Origin: Candidatus Woesearchaeota archaeon | Lineage (GTDB): Archaea; Nanobdellota; Nanobdellia; CAYMVK01; CAYYFB01 | Length of the DNA stretch: 64,000 bases | Direction: 5' to 3' | Assembly (NCBI GenBank): GCA_964471255.1 | Contig: CAYYFB010000003.1 | Span: forward strand, 359 to 64,358 | Shown here: piece after piece, positions 1-8,696 of the stretch | Position numbering within the stretch: the stretch's first letter is position 1 | Layout of the letters: each line of letters begins with the position of its first letter | Made by a program: the position numbers and the translations under genes | Notes under the pieces: model-generated | The model's database searches: none | What the model saw: only the letters and a program-made list of their open reading frames with translations | What the model was told of the DNA's origin: nothing

Positions 1-96
1 GACGAGGGTACAGATTACTTTAAGATAACAATCACAGGTACTGCAACTAATGTTGATGGGGTAAAAGCCGAGGCTAAGAACTACAAGTATTACTAA
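1..96 (+). CDS. 3' end of a CDS entering from upstream (product unknown; ends ...TITGTATNVDGVKAEAKNYKYY)
   Basis: Frame 1 is open from base 1 to TAA at 94-96. There is no start in the window and 31 aa is too short to assign. Confidence 0.4.
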   Translation, partial: DEGTDYFKITITGTATNVDGVKAEAKNYKYY

Positions 97-105
97 TCTT
101 TTTTT

Positions 106-645
106 ATGTTTTTTAATTTTGTAAAGGAGATCTTTAAAAGATTTCTAATTATAATCCTAGCCCCTCTTTATGAGTTTGAAGTCATTTGGTCTCTCATCCC
201 TGTCTATCTAACCTGGTTTATAACTGATATTCTCGCAGAAAGGAAAGGTGTAGATCCAACAAGCGCTGTACAGAACGGATTTACAGCTCTCTGGATCGGA
301 ATGGACTGGATGCATCAATTAACACGAAAAGGTATAAGCTCCATTGAATTAAGCTCAATGCCCTATTTCGTATTCCCCATTTTTATGATTTTATGGGGGT
401 GCATAGCTATCTATGCTGGTCTTTGGAGAAAGTGGTATATGGGCTTTATAGCGAGAATTAGGGAAGTAAGTTACGCTCAGATTGTTCTTACTCCTATAAT
501 CTATAAGCTCGTACCTCTTGATTTTCTAAGCATAATATCTGTTATTGTTTTTTTCCCATTGATGTATGGGGTAATGGAAGCAATAAATAGGATTGCTGAT
601 AAGTTCTTTGAAAAGATGGAATTATGGGGGGAAGAAGAATGGTAA
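106..645 (+). CDS. Integral membrane protein, unknown function
   Basis: 179-aa ORF with several hydrophobic segments. Its stop overlaps the next gene's likely start (ATGGTAA at 639-645). Confidence 0.55.
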   Translation: MFFNFVKEIFKRFLIIILAPLYEFEVIWSLIPVYLTWFITDILAERKGVDPTSAVQNGFTALWIGMDWMHQLTRKGISSIELSSMPYFVFPIFMILWGCIAIYAGLWRKWYMGFIARIREVSYAQIVLTPIIYKLVPLDFLSIISVIVFFPLMYGVMEAINRIADKFFEKMELWGEEEW

Positions 646-1895
646 ATTATGAAAAAGTCTCTGAAATAATTGAAAGTTTGAAAGATAAGCTAAAAAAAGA
701 GGTCCAAGAAAAAGAGGAGTTTGTGATTTCTACTAAAGAATCTCTTAGAAAGGAGTTTGAAAGAAGAACAAGGGAAGCGGGTATTGAGGGGGATGTTCTG
801 GTGGGCGGATCAATTGAGAAAGGTACTTGGCTCCCTGAGAAGCTAGAATTCGACATTTTTATTAGAATCAGATCAGCAGAAGGCTTTAAAAGATTTTATA
901 CAATCTGCCCGGAAGGGGAAAGGATGCTTGGATCGAGAGATTACTTTAGGATAGAAGAAAAAGAATATGGAGTAGAAATTATCCCAATAAAATACATAGA
1001 AAGACCTGAGGAAGCGGAAGATATAACAGACCTTTCTCCTTTCCATGTGGAATATGTAAATTCGAGGACTAATGAAGACATGAAGTATGATATAAGATTA
1101 TTAAAAAGGTTCATGATGAAAAAAGGAGTTTACGGAGCAGAAACTCATGTGGGAGGATTTTCTGGGTACTTAGCTGAGCTTTTAATAATAAACTATGGAT
1201 CTCTTTTATCTCTTTTTAAAGCTGTAGAATCGGAGTGGAAATCAAAAATTTATCTTGATCCTGAAGGATACTATAGAAATTATTTTGATGCCAAATTTCA
1301 CTTGGGGGAAGATAAAACATATGGACCTATGATTTTCGTTGATCCCACCTTTCGATATAGAAATGCTGCAGCAGCTCTGTCTTTAGAAGCTTATTCCAAA
1401 TTCATTTTCTATGTGAGAATGTTTCTTAGAAACCCAAGTGAGGAGTATTTCCTTTTTGAGGAAAAAATCACAGATGAGGTACTTAAGAGAAGAGCTGAGG
1501 AAAGAGGGACATTAGTGCTTATTTATAAAATCAAAAAATCGGGAAAGGAAGATTTCTTTCTAGGAAAGTTAAAGAGGGTAAGCAGGAGAATTGGAGAAAG
1601 GTTAAGGGAAAAGGGGATCCCTCTATATGATTGTGGGTTTTTCTATAATAAGGAAGGATATTACCTGTTCTTTGAGTTAGAAAGTACCCAATTCAGCAAA
1701 AAGGAGAGAAGAATTGGCCCTCCAGTTTGGGTTAGCGCTAAGTACTTTGATGCCTTCTGCAATAAACATGGGGAAGTTTATGTATACAAGAATAACCTTG
1801 TGGCTGATGTTCCCAGACAAGATTTGCAGCTTCTTTTAAAACAAATGATTGAAGAGTATCAACTAGAGATATTAGAATGGAAGAGTTATTTATAG
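624..1895 (+). CDS. cca: Archaeal class I CCA-adding enzyme (tRNA nucleotidyltransferase)
   Basis: Carries GGSIEKGTWLPEKLEFDIFI (nucleotidyltransferase G-S and E-x-D carboxylates). Also LSPFHVEYV and RLLKRFMMKKGVYGAETHVGGFSGYLAELLIINYGS, typical of archaeal Cca. The likely true start is the ATG at 639. Confidence 0.85.
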   Translation: MGGRRMVNYEKVSEIIESLKDKLKKEVQEKEEFVISTKESLRKEFERRTREAGIEGDVLVGGSIEKGTWLPEKLEFDIFIRIRSAEGFKRFYTICPEGERMLGSRDYFRIEEKEYGVEIIPIKYIERPEEAEDITDLSPFHVEYVNSRTNEDMKYDIRLLKRFMMKKGVYGAETHVGGFSGYLAELLIINYGSLLSLFKAVESEWKSKIYLDPEGYYRNYFDAKFHLGEDKTYGPMIFVDPTFRYRNAAAALSLEAYSKFIFYVRMFLRNPSEEYFLFEEKITDEVLKRRAEERGTLVLIYKIKKSGKEDFFLGKLKRVSRRIGERLREKGIPLYDCGFFYNKEGYYLFFELESTQFSKKERRIGPPVWVSAKYFDAFCNKHGEVYVYKNNLVADVPRQDLQLLLKQMIEEYQLEILEWKSYL

Positions 1896-2743
1896 GAGGA
1901 CATACTGCCTGTCAAGGATGTGCTGCTCCAATAATAGTTAGAAACGTTCTAAGAGTACTTGGAAAAAATACAATAGTAGTGGGAGCTACTGGTTGTTTAG
2001 AAGTTATTTCTACCATTTATCCGAATACATCTTGGAAAGTCCCATTTATTCATGGAGCATTTCAAAATGCAGCCGCTATAGCTTCAGGACTAAGAGAAGC
2101 TTTAGAAACAGAAGGAAAGTCAGAAATAAACGTATGTGTTTTTGCAGGAGATGGTGCTACCTTTGATATTGGAATGGGAGCACTAAGTGGATTGCTGGAG
2201 CGTGGGCATAAAGTTATTTATGTCCTCTATGATAATGAGGCATACTCGAATACCGGTGTACAAAGATCCTCAGCAACTCCGAGATTTTCGAGAACAACAA
2301 CTACCCCTGGAGGGAAAAAGGAAAGAAAAAAACCTATAGCTTTAGTTGTTGGATCTCATGGAGATGTTTATTCAGCTACGGCAAATCCTGCATTTTTGAG
2401 AGACCTAGAAAAAAAGGTTAAAAAAGCGAAAGAGTTTGACGGTCCTAGCTTCCTTCACATCCTATCCCCTTGCCCTACTGGATGGCGATTTGATCCTTCT
2501 CTTACTATTGAGATTGCAAAACTTGCAACAGAAACATTAATTTTTCCCCTTTACGAAATAGAGCGGGGCATTCTTAGAGTAACCGAAAAGGTTTTGAACC
2601 CTAAGCCTCTAGAGGATTATCTAAAGTTACAAGGGAGATTTAAAGGGATGGATCCTGAAAAGATAAAGATACTAGAAAAGGAGGTGAAAGAATTTTATGA
2701 TTGGTTATTGGCTAATGATGGAAAAAGGGTTTTCCCATTTTGA
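1877..2743 (+). CDS. porB: Pyruvate/2-oxoacid:ferredoxin oxidoreductase beta subunit (TPP-binding)
   Basis: Has an N-terminal CQGC cysteine motif, the GDGATFDIGMGALSG TPP-binding motif, and SPCPTGW near the C-terminus. Confidence 0.9.
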   Translation: MEELFIGGHTACQGCAAPIIVRNVLRVLGKNTIVVGATGCLEVISTIYPNTSWKVPFIHGAFQNAAAIASGLREALETEGKSEINVCVFAGDGATFDIGMGALSGLLERGHKVIYVLYDNEAYSNTGVQRSSATPRFSRTTTTPGGKKERKKPIALVVGSHGDVYSATANPAFLRDLEKKVKKAKEFDGPSFLHILSPCPTGWRFDPSLTIEIAKLATETLIFPLYEIERGILRVTEKVLNPKPLEDYLKLQGRFKGMDPEKIKILEKEVKEFYDWLLANDGKRVFPF

Positions 2744-2751
2744 CTGGGCTT

Positions 2752-3585
2752 CTATTCAGCACTAGGCAATAATGTGCTCAAGTAATTGGATATTATTTTA
2801 ATTTTATCTTTCGTGTTCCAGTTTCTTACCCAACCATACACATAGTCTTTGGAAATAAGCTCTTCTATTATCTCATTTACAGTATTGTCTATATTTTCCT
2901 GTGTTGTTTGAGGGAAATAATCATATAAGTCAGATATCCAACTTAACGCTTTTCTTAATTCAGGAATTGCTCTTGAAATACCCAATCTTTCTGCTTCTGA
3001 GTAAACATTGATTAATCTTTCTAATTTCTTCTTTTCTCTCCAAGAATATCCTGCTACTGCTGAAGAAAAAAGCAGAAATGGCACTAAAAATACCCATCCT
3101 GCTAAAGGAAAGAAGATAAGGCCCGGTATAGAAAGAAAGGGAGAAACCTTAAACAACCTGTCTTTTTCCTTTTTTCTTTTCTCAAAATTCCTTTTCTCTT
3201 TTTGATAGACTTTCTCCAAAGGAAGATATTCTTGAACCAATCTCGTTGCTGACAAGATGTCTGGCAAATATGGCTCTAAAGCTTGTGCTAGCTGTCTTTT
3301 TTCTTGATCTTCAAGGGAAGGAATTCCTTGGAGCCTTTGAATTTGATCTCTACTTACTCCACTTGACTCAAGCACATCCTCTATGGTTCTAATCGTTGTG
3401 GGACCTGCCAAAATTCCTGATAGGATCCCATTGTTTGCTACATTAGAGGGTACTTGCCTGACTAATTCTAAATTTTCCTGCAAGAGGGATAGGGCGTTTC
3501 TCACATCCATATTCTCTAAATAGTGGTGACATATATAAAATCTTAAATAACTAAAGACTTTTTTGACAAGCAAGGAAACAAACAA
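2752..3585 (-). CDS. Hypothetical membrane protein (two central TM helices)
   Basis: The ORF-track start is TTG at 3585. The ATG giving MDVRNALS (about 3510) is more plausible. No recognisable domain. Confidence 0.45.
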   Translation of the reverse strand: MFVSLLVKKVFSYLRFYICHHYLENMDVRNALSLLQENLELVRQVPSNVANNGILSGILAGPTTIRTIEDVLESSGVSRDQIQRLQGIPSLEDQEKRQLAQALEPYLPDILSATRLVQEYLPLEKVYQKEKRNFEKRKKEKDRLFKVSPFLSIPGLIFFPLAGWVFLVPFLLFSSAVAGYSWREKKKLERLINVYSEAERLGISRAIPELRKALSWISDLYDYFPQTTQENIDNTVNEIIEELISKDYVYGWVRNWNTKDKIKIISNYLSTLLPSAE

Positions 3586-4209
3586 ATGGACAGTAAAGGT
3601 ATTATGGAGAAAAAAGAAAAAATTGTTGCTAACTCAGTTAGTTTAAAAATAGAAATGTCCTCTTCTAATCCTTTCTTAACCGAGTTTATAGAGGAAATAA
3701 GAAGAACTTTTGGTAATTCAATTAAAATTGACACAATTGAAAATCTCGAAATGGAAAAACCATACAGAATAAGCGTTTATGTTGATGATAAGAACATCCT
3801 GCATTTTTTAGGAATCCCAAAGAAAAGGGAAGTAGAAATGTTCAAGGATATCTTAGAAATTTTTTTAAACAGAGATAAATACCTTAATAAGAAAATATCG
3901 AGAATTTTTAACAAGATAAATGAACATGTTTGGTTAACGGTGTTTATAAGTCCTCTATGCCCTTACTGTCCTATTGCGGTAAGAATGTTGAGTAAGATAT
4001 CGCTTAGTTCTGGTAGTTTGGCTAAGGTTTTCGTTATCGACAGCATGGACAATCCAGATCTTGTTGAAAAGTACAAAATAAGAGTTGTCCCCACGATTTT
4101 TATAACAAAAGATCCTATAGAAAAGGCAAAAAGATATGATATTTTGGTTGGCGCATTTCCTGAGGAGTTTATTCTGGAGCGGATTGTTAAATTTTTCCTA
4201 GGTATATAA
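3586..4209 (+). CDS. Thioredoxin-fold protein, glutaredoxin/protein-disulfide-oxidoreductase-like
   Basis: SPLCPYCPIAVRML contains a CxxC active site, and VVPTIFI is the cis-Pro region. Only one CxxC is present in 207 aa. Confidence 0.7.
   Translation: MDSKGIMEKKEKIVANSVSLKIEMSSSNPFLTEFIEEIRRTFGNSIKIDTIENLEMEKPYRISVYVDDKNILHFLGIPKKREVEMFKDILEIFLNRDKYLNKKISRIFNKINEHVWLTVFISPLCPYCPIAVRMLSKISLSSGSLAKVFVIDSMDNPDLVEKYKIRVVPTIFITKDPIEKAKRYDILVGAFPEEFILERIVKFFLGI
4174..4182 (+). repeat. CTGGAGCGG word, copy 1
   Basis: Exact 9-mer, in-frame Leu-Glu-Arg (FILERIV) of the thioredoxin-fold gene. Confidence 0.95.
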
Positions 4210-5785
4210 GAACTCCTAGAAAGCAAAGGAAAAGCAGAAGTGCCAAAGGTATTGTCAAAAGCTTCTTCGCTGTCTCTTTTCTGACTTCGATAATTTTAGG
4301 AGAAAGTTTTGTATGTTTTATCTCTGAAGGTAAGGAGCTCATCTTAAGTGCAAGTTTAGCAAAATATATCGCAGCATTTTTATCTTCCTCCCATAATACG
4401 CTCGAATATTCTTTATAAAGAAGAGCTAGAATTGGGTAATAGTTCTGAGATACGTAAAATCTTATCCTTTTGTCCAATAGTTCCTGATATTTCTCAAATA
4501 CTTTCTCTTTATCTTCTAAGTTCTCGAGAGCAAGTTCAGATAGTACTTCCGCTTCTTTGGAGAGAAAAAGGGCCCTTACAGCTTTTCCCCTTTCTAACAG
4601 TTCTCTAGCTTTTTCTATTTTAGATTTGGCCTCTGCTACTGGACCTCCAGTATAGTAAGTGGAGGCGTAAATAACTCCTATTTCTGCTCTTTCTATAGCG
4701 TCTCTAGAACACCCTATATATTGATCTTCATCAAACACCCACTTGCCTGGAGGTATAAGGGACAGCCAAGCTTCAGCAGATATTATTCTTGCCTTCGCTC
4801 CAGCTATTTTTTCAATATCTCTAGACTCAACTCCCTCGTTAAGACTCTCATTCGCTTCATAGAGTCTATCTAGAAAGATGAAAACAAGCTCTAAAGAATT
4901 TGGATCATAGGTGAGGCGTTTTTTAGATAGATTCTTTATTTCATTTCTCATCTCCTGAACTTCATTTTCTATATTTTCTATATTCTCCTCTAAGTACTTT
5001 GTGTAAAGCTCTTTGATGGCTCTCACGCAATAACTTGCTGCAGAGTAATACTTGCCTTTCTTTTCCAGTTCTCGTGCTTTTTTAAGCAAATCTGATGGCT
5101 TTTTAGCGAGGTACTCAAAAGATTTAGCTTTTTTACATACCATAACCTCGGCTTTCTTTATCAGATTATTTATTTGTGTAAGGTTTATTTTTTGAATTTT
5201 TATTTGGATTTCTCTCTCCGTGAAGTATTTATAAGCATCCAAGGCATCCTTTACTTCTATTATCTTTGTCTTTTCCTCTATACTTTCTATCTCCTCTGTT
5301 TTTTCACCGTATGGTATTAAGAACAAAGATGCATACTCTTTTGCTGCCAGATACTTTTCTTTTATTCCCCCTACTGGACCAATTGACCAATCAGGATTTA
5401 TTGTGCCTGTCATTATGATGTCTTTCCTCAAAGTGGTATTGGATAAAAGGCCCATAGCAAGAACTGTCATAGCCGCTCCAGCACTGGGTCCTCCTACTAT
5501 TTCCCCCCTTCCCTCAATTCTGAAAAGGAAATCGTACCTACTACAATTAACATTAAAAATCTCGCATGCAACACGAACTGCAACACGAGCTGAGGCTTGG
5601 GTATCTACCTTAGTGAGGGGGCTTGTGCTTATGTAAACATTTCCATTTCCTGGGAGTATTTTAAGAGATAAATTTGCAATTATTCCTTTACCATTATGAA
5701 CCCCTACAATATATATCCAATCTTCGGAAGAAAATACAAAACAAAGGAAAAGAGGTATAGTTAAGACAAACCTACTTAATTTCAT
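4187..5785 (-). CDS. Exported, C-terminally anchored Lon-like (S16) serine protease with a long helical domain
   Basis: N-terminal signal-like MKLSRFVLTIPLFLCFVFS. The Lon proteolytic core is present: GGPSAGAAMTVLAMGLL (Ser) and GPVGGIKEKYLAA (Lys). An alpha-helical region of about 330 aa and a C-terminal TM follow. Confidence 0.7.
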   Translation of the reverse strand: MKLSRFVLTIPLFLCFVFSSEDWIYIVGVHNGKGIIANLSLKILPGNGNVYISTSPLTKVDTQASARVAVRVACEIFNVNCSRYDFLFRIEGRGEIVGGPSAGAAMTVLAMGLLSNTTLRKDIIMTGTINPDWSIGPVGGIKEKYLAAKEYASLFLIPYGEKTEEIESIEEKTKIIEVKDALDAYKYFTEREIQIKIQKINLTQINNLIKKAEVMVCKKAKSFEYLAKKPSDLLKKARELEKKGKYYSAASYCVRAIKELYTKYLEENIENIENEVQEMRNEIKNLSKKRLTYDPNSLELVFIFLDRLYEANESLNEGVESRDIEKIAGAKARIISAEAWLSLIPPGKWVFDEDQYIGCSRDAIERAEIGVIYASTYYTGGPVAEAKSKIEKARELLERGKAVRALFLSKEAEVLSELALENLEDKEKVFEKYQELLDKRIRFYVSQNYYPILALLYKEYSSVLWEEDKNAAIYFAKLALKMSSLPSEIKHTKLSPKIIEVRKETAKKLLTIPLALLLFLCFLGVLIYLGKI

Positions 5786-5794
5786 TATAATATT

Positions 5795-7777
5795 GTGAGG
5801 TTACTGAAGATAAAGTTGGAAGGAATAAGATCCCACCTTAATACTGAAATAGAATTTGGAGAAGGAATTAATGTTTTCATTGGGAACACCGGAAGTGGAA
5901 AGACATCAGTGCTAATTGGCATTGAATTTGCACTTTTTGGGAGAGATTGCGGGAGGGATTTTGCAGAAATACTTTCTTGGAGGAAAAATAGGGGGCGGGT
6001 GATTCTCACAATAGAACATAGAGGAGATATCTATACAATAATACGCGGTCTATTAAGGGAAAAATCTTCAATAAGAACAGATCCTACAACATTAAAAATT
6101 CTAAAAAATGGAAGACTTTTCTTTTCTACCGAAAGAGCTAGGGAATTTAATGAAAAAATAAAAGAAATACTCGGTTTCCCGAAAAAGATAAATCCCATGC
6201 TTCTTTTTGAAACTATCTGTTACTCAAAACAAGACGAAATAAGAAAACTTTTGGAGCTAAGTAAGGAAGAAAGACAGGTTTATATAGACCGTGCTCTCTT
6301 TCTTGATAAATACAGAAAGATTTGGGAGGAAATGAAAGATATAATAGAATATTTTGAGAAAAAACTCGAAAAATTTAACACATTAATCGAATTAAAGAAG
6401 GAGTATGTCAATAAGCTACAAAAGATATCCTCAGAATTGGAAAGCTCAAAGAAAGAGTTAAAAATGATAAATGAAACTTATGAAGATCTTGCTAAAAAAT
6501 TTGGAGAAGTAAGTAGTAATTTAAAAGAAATAAAATACAAACTTGAAACAATAAGAAAGGACTTGGAATTATTGACAAGATTGGAAGAAAGGAAAAAAAT
6601 TTTGATAAGTGAGATCTTTTCTTTGGAAAAAGAGCTTGAGAATTTAAAGGGGCAAATTAAAAAAATTGAAGAGGTCGATATAGAAGAAATAAATCAGCTT
6701 AAAAAGGAATTAGAAAGGGTCAAAAACGAATTGTTTTCTCTAAATGCAAGAAAAGGGGAACTTGAAAAAACAATAAAAAACCTTGGAGGCCTTAAAGGGA
6801 GAAAGTGCCCAATTTGTCAAAGAATAATTAGCAAAGAATTAGCAGATAACCTAATTAATAATGCAAAAACAGAATTGGAGGAATTGCTAGTAAAAATAAA
6901 TGAGTTAGAAGAAAAAGCAAGATCACTTCAAGAATCTTTGAAAGAAAAGGAAGAGAAGCTATCTATTTACCTAGAAAATAAATCTTTAAGAAAAATGGTG
7001 GAGAATGTGAAATCAAAACTATCAATAAAAAGAAAGGAGCTTGAAACAATAGAAGAAAAGCTTCTGGAACTTTCTAAATTTAAAGAAATGGAAATGGATT
7101 TAAAGAAAAAACTTTCAGAGTTAGAACAAGAATATTCGCTATATCTCACAGAATTGAAAGAATTAGAAGGAAAAAGAAAAGCTCTTAGGGAGAAATCAAT
7201 ATTTCTTGAAAAAGAAAAATCTTATTTAGAGGAAAAAATCACTGAAATAGAAAAAAGTGAGAGAAAAAAAGAAAAATTAGAAAAATTAATCTATACCTTA
7301 AAGAATCTAAGAGAGGAAATAAGAAAAATAAGAGAAATCGTAAGAGATAGATTCCTAGATAGTTTTGGGGAGGAATTTGTAAAGTGGTTTAGGCAATTAA
7401 GGAAAGATAGTGAATACTCGGTTTCGATTGGAAAGGATTACGAACCTATAATTTACGACTATGAAGGAAAAGAGGTCTCTTTAAGGAATCTGTCTGGAGG
7501 AGAGAAAACATCAGTTGCTCTGGCCTACCGCCTTGCTCTCTCAAGTGTTGCATCCGAATTGCTTGGAATGCAAACTCTTGGTCTTTTTATTCTAGATGAG
7601 CCTACCACAGGTCTTGATAGTGACGATATAAAAAATCTGGTTGAGGTGATTCAAAATCTAAAGCTTCCACAGTGTATAATTGTTACACATTCAAGGGAGC
7701 TTAAAGAGGCTGCAGATTATAAATTTCTTGTTTATAAAGGACCTGATGGAAGCAAGGTTATTTCTCTAGAGGACTGA
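5795..7777 (+). CDS. rad50: Rad50-like SMC ATPase (short form, GTG start)
   Basis: Walker A GNTGSGKTS, long coiled coil, central CPICQR zinc-hook CxxC, signature LSGGEKTSVALAYRLAL and Walker B LFILDEPTTGLD. Confidence 0.8.
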   Translation: MRLLKIKLEGIRSHLNTEIEFGEGINVFIGNTGSGKTSVLIGIEFALFGRDCGRDFAEILSWRKNRGRVILTIEHRGDIYTIIRGLLREKSSIRTDPTTLKILKNGRLFFSTERAREFNEKIKEILGFPKKINPMLLFETICYSKQDEIRKLLELSKEERQVYIDRALFLDKYRKIWEEMKDIIEYFEKKLEKFNTLIELKKEYVNKLQKISSELESSKKELKMINETYEDLAKKFGEVSSNLKEIKYKLETIRKDLELLTRLEERKKILISEIFSLEKELENLKGQIKKIEEVDIEEINQLKKELERVKNELFSLNARKGELEKTIKNLGGLKGRKCPICQRIISKELADNLINNAKTELEELLVKINELEEKARSLQESLKEKEEKLSIYLENKSLRKMVENVKSKLSIKRKELETIEEKLLELSKFKEMEMDLKKKLSELEQEYSLYLTELKELEGKRKALREKSIFLEKEKSYLEEKITEIEKSERKKEKLEKLIYTLKNLREEIRKIREIVRDRFLDSFGEEFVKWFRQLRKDSEYSVSIGKDYEPIIYDYEGKEVSLRNLSGGEKTSVALAYRLALSSVASELLGMQTLGLFILDEPTTGLDSDDIKNLVEVIQNLKLPQCIIVTHSRELKEAADYKFLVYKGPDGSKVISLED

Positions 7778-8099
7778 AAAAGGATCCCAAATCTTTTTCT
7801 TTAATAATTCTTACTTTTACTTTATCATCCTTTTTATGGATAACTTCTATCTTGGGGACTGATTTCAAATAAAGATATGGCCGTTTTTTTCCGTATTTCT
7901 CCAAATAAACTATCTTTCCATTTAAAATTCCTTTTTTTCTAAGAGACCGGAAAATACGTACAAATTTAACTCTGTTTTTGAAATTATAAAACTTAAATAC
8001 ATTTTTAACAACTTCTCGAAGCTCAGTTGTTGTATTTTGGAATCTTTTTATCCTTCTTAGAACAAATAACCACTTCTTGCTTATTGTTATTTCCCTCAC
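7758..8099 (-). CDS. Small basic hypothetical protein
   Basis: 113-aa K/R-rich ORF that overlaps the rad50 3' end by 20 nt. No recognisable motif. Confidence 0.35.
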   Translation of the reverse strand: MREITISKKWLFVLRRIKRFQNTTTELREVVKNVFKFYNFKNRVKFVRIFRSLRKKGILNGKIVYLEKYGKKRPYLYLKSVPKIEVIHKKDDKVKVRIIKEKDLGSFFSPLEK

Positions 8100-8110
8100 A
8101 TATTAACTAA

Positions 8111-8614
8111 CTATTTCATTCTAAAATCCACTGCCCAACAGCCTTTTTCATTACAAATTATTGGATTTATATCAATTTCTTGAAAATTCTCTTGGACAAT
8201 AAGCTTTGATGCTTTAACAAGGATTTCAATTACCTTTTCTTTATCAATTTTTGGCCTTCCTCTATATCCTTCAAGGATTTTTTTCATTTTAAGTTCTTCT
8301 AACATCTCCTTGGCGTCTTTTTCGGTAATTGGACAAATCCTAAAAGAAACATCTTTGAAAAGTTCTACAAATACTCCTCCAATTCCTACCATAATGACGG
8401 GCCCAAAAATGGGGTCTTTCTTCCCTCCAATGAATATTTCTATTCCTCTTATCATTTCTTGTGCTAAAATTCTGGCTTTAGGAAACTTTCTTTTCAGATC
8501 TAGGAACGCTTCTCTAATATTTTCTATACTACCAAGATTCAATTTAATTGCCCCTACATCTGTCTTGTGAGTAATTTCTGGGGAGATTGCCTTTAGAACT
8601 ATAGGCCCCTTCAC
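8111..8614 (-). CDS. ATP-grasp domain protein resembling the beta subunit/domain of ADP-forming acetyl-CoA synthetase
   Basis: PIVLKAISPEITHKTDVGAIKLNL and the C-terminal INPI region are typical of the ACD/succinyl-CoA-synthetase-like ATP-grasp. The frame stays open upstream to 8707 and encodes a conserved-looking ...EILEKYKIPCARYAFVSSIEEAISFFKEV. That stretch contains no ATG, GTG or TTG. Confidence 0.6.
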   Translation of the reverse strand: MKGPIVLKAISPEITHKTDVGAIKLNLGSIENIREAFLDLKRKFPKARILAQEMIRGIEIFIGGKKDPIFGPVIMVGIGGVFVELFKDVSFRICPITEKDAKEMLEELKMKKILEGYRGRPKIDKEKVIEILVKASKLIVQENFQEIDINPIICNEKGCWAVDFRMK

Positions 8615-8696
8615 CTCTTTAAAAAAAGATATGGCTTCTTCTATGCTTGATACAAAAGCGTAGCGGGCGCACGGTATTTTATATTTTTCTAAGATC

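Noticed and set aside
624-1895. E-F-D instead of D-x-D in the CCA-adding enzyme active site
   Set aside because: I considered this as a possible inactivation. However, archaeal class I CCA enzymes use a Glu-x-Asp pair at this position (as I recall for the Archaeoglobus enzyme), so it is probably canonical.
3585-3586. Apparent zero-length spacer between divergent genes 2752-3585 and 3586-4209
   Set aside because: The minus-strand ORF start is a TTG with a hydrophobic, unconvincing extension. The ATG near 3510 restores a spacer of about 75 bp, so this was not counted among the tight divergent pairs.
3778-3789. Y-V-D-D tetrapeptide reminiscent of a reverse-transcriptase active site
   Set aside because: It occurs in a 207-aa thioredoxin-fold protein with no other RT motifs. 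No RT, template or variable repeat pair is visible, so a retroelement is not supported.
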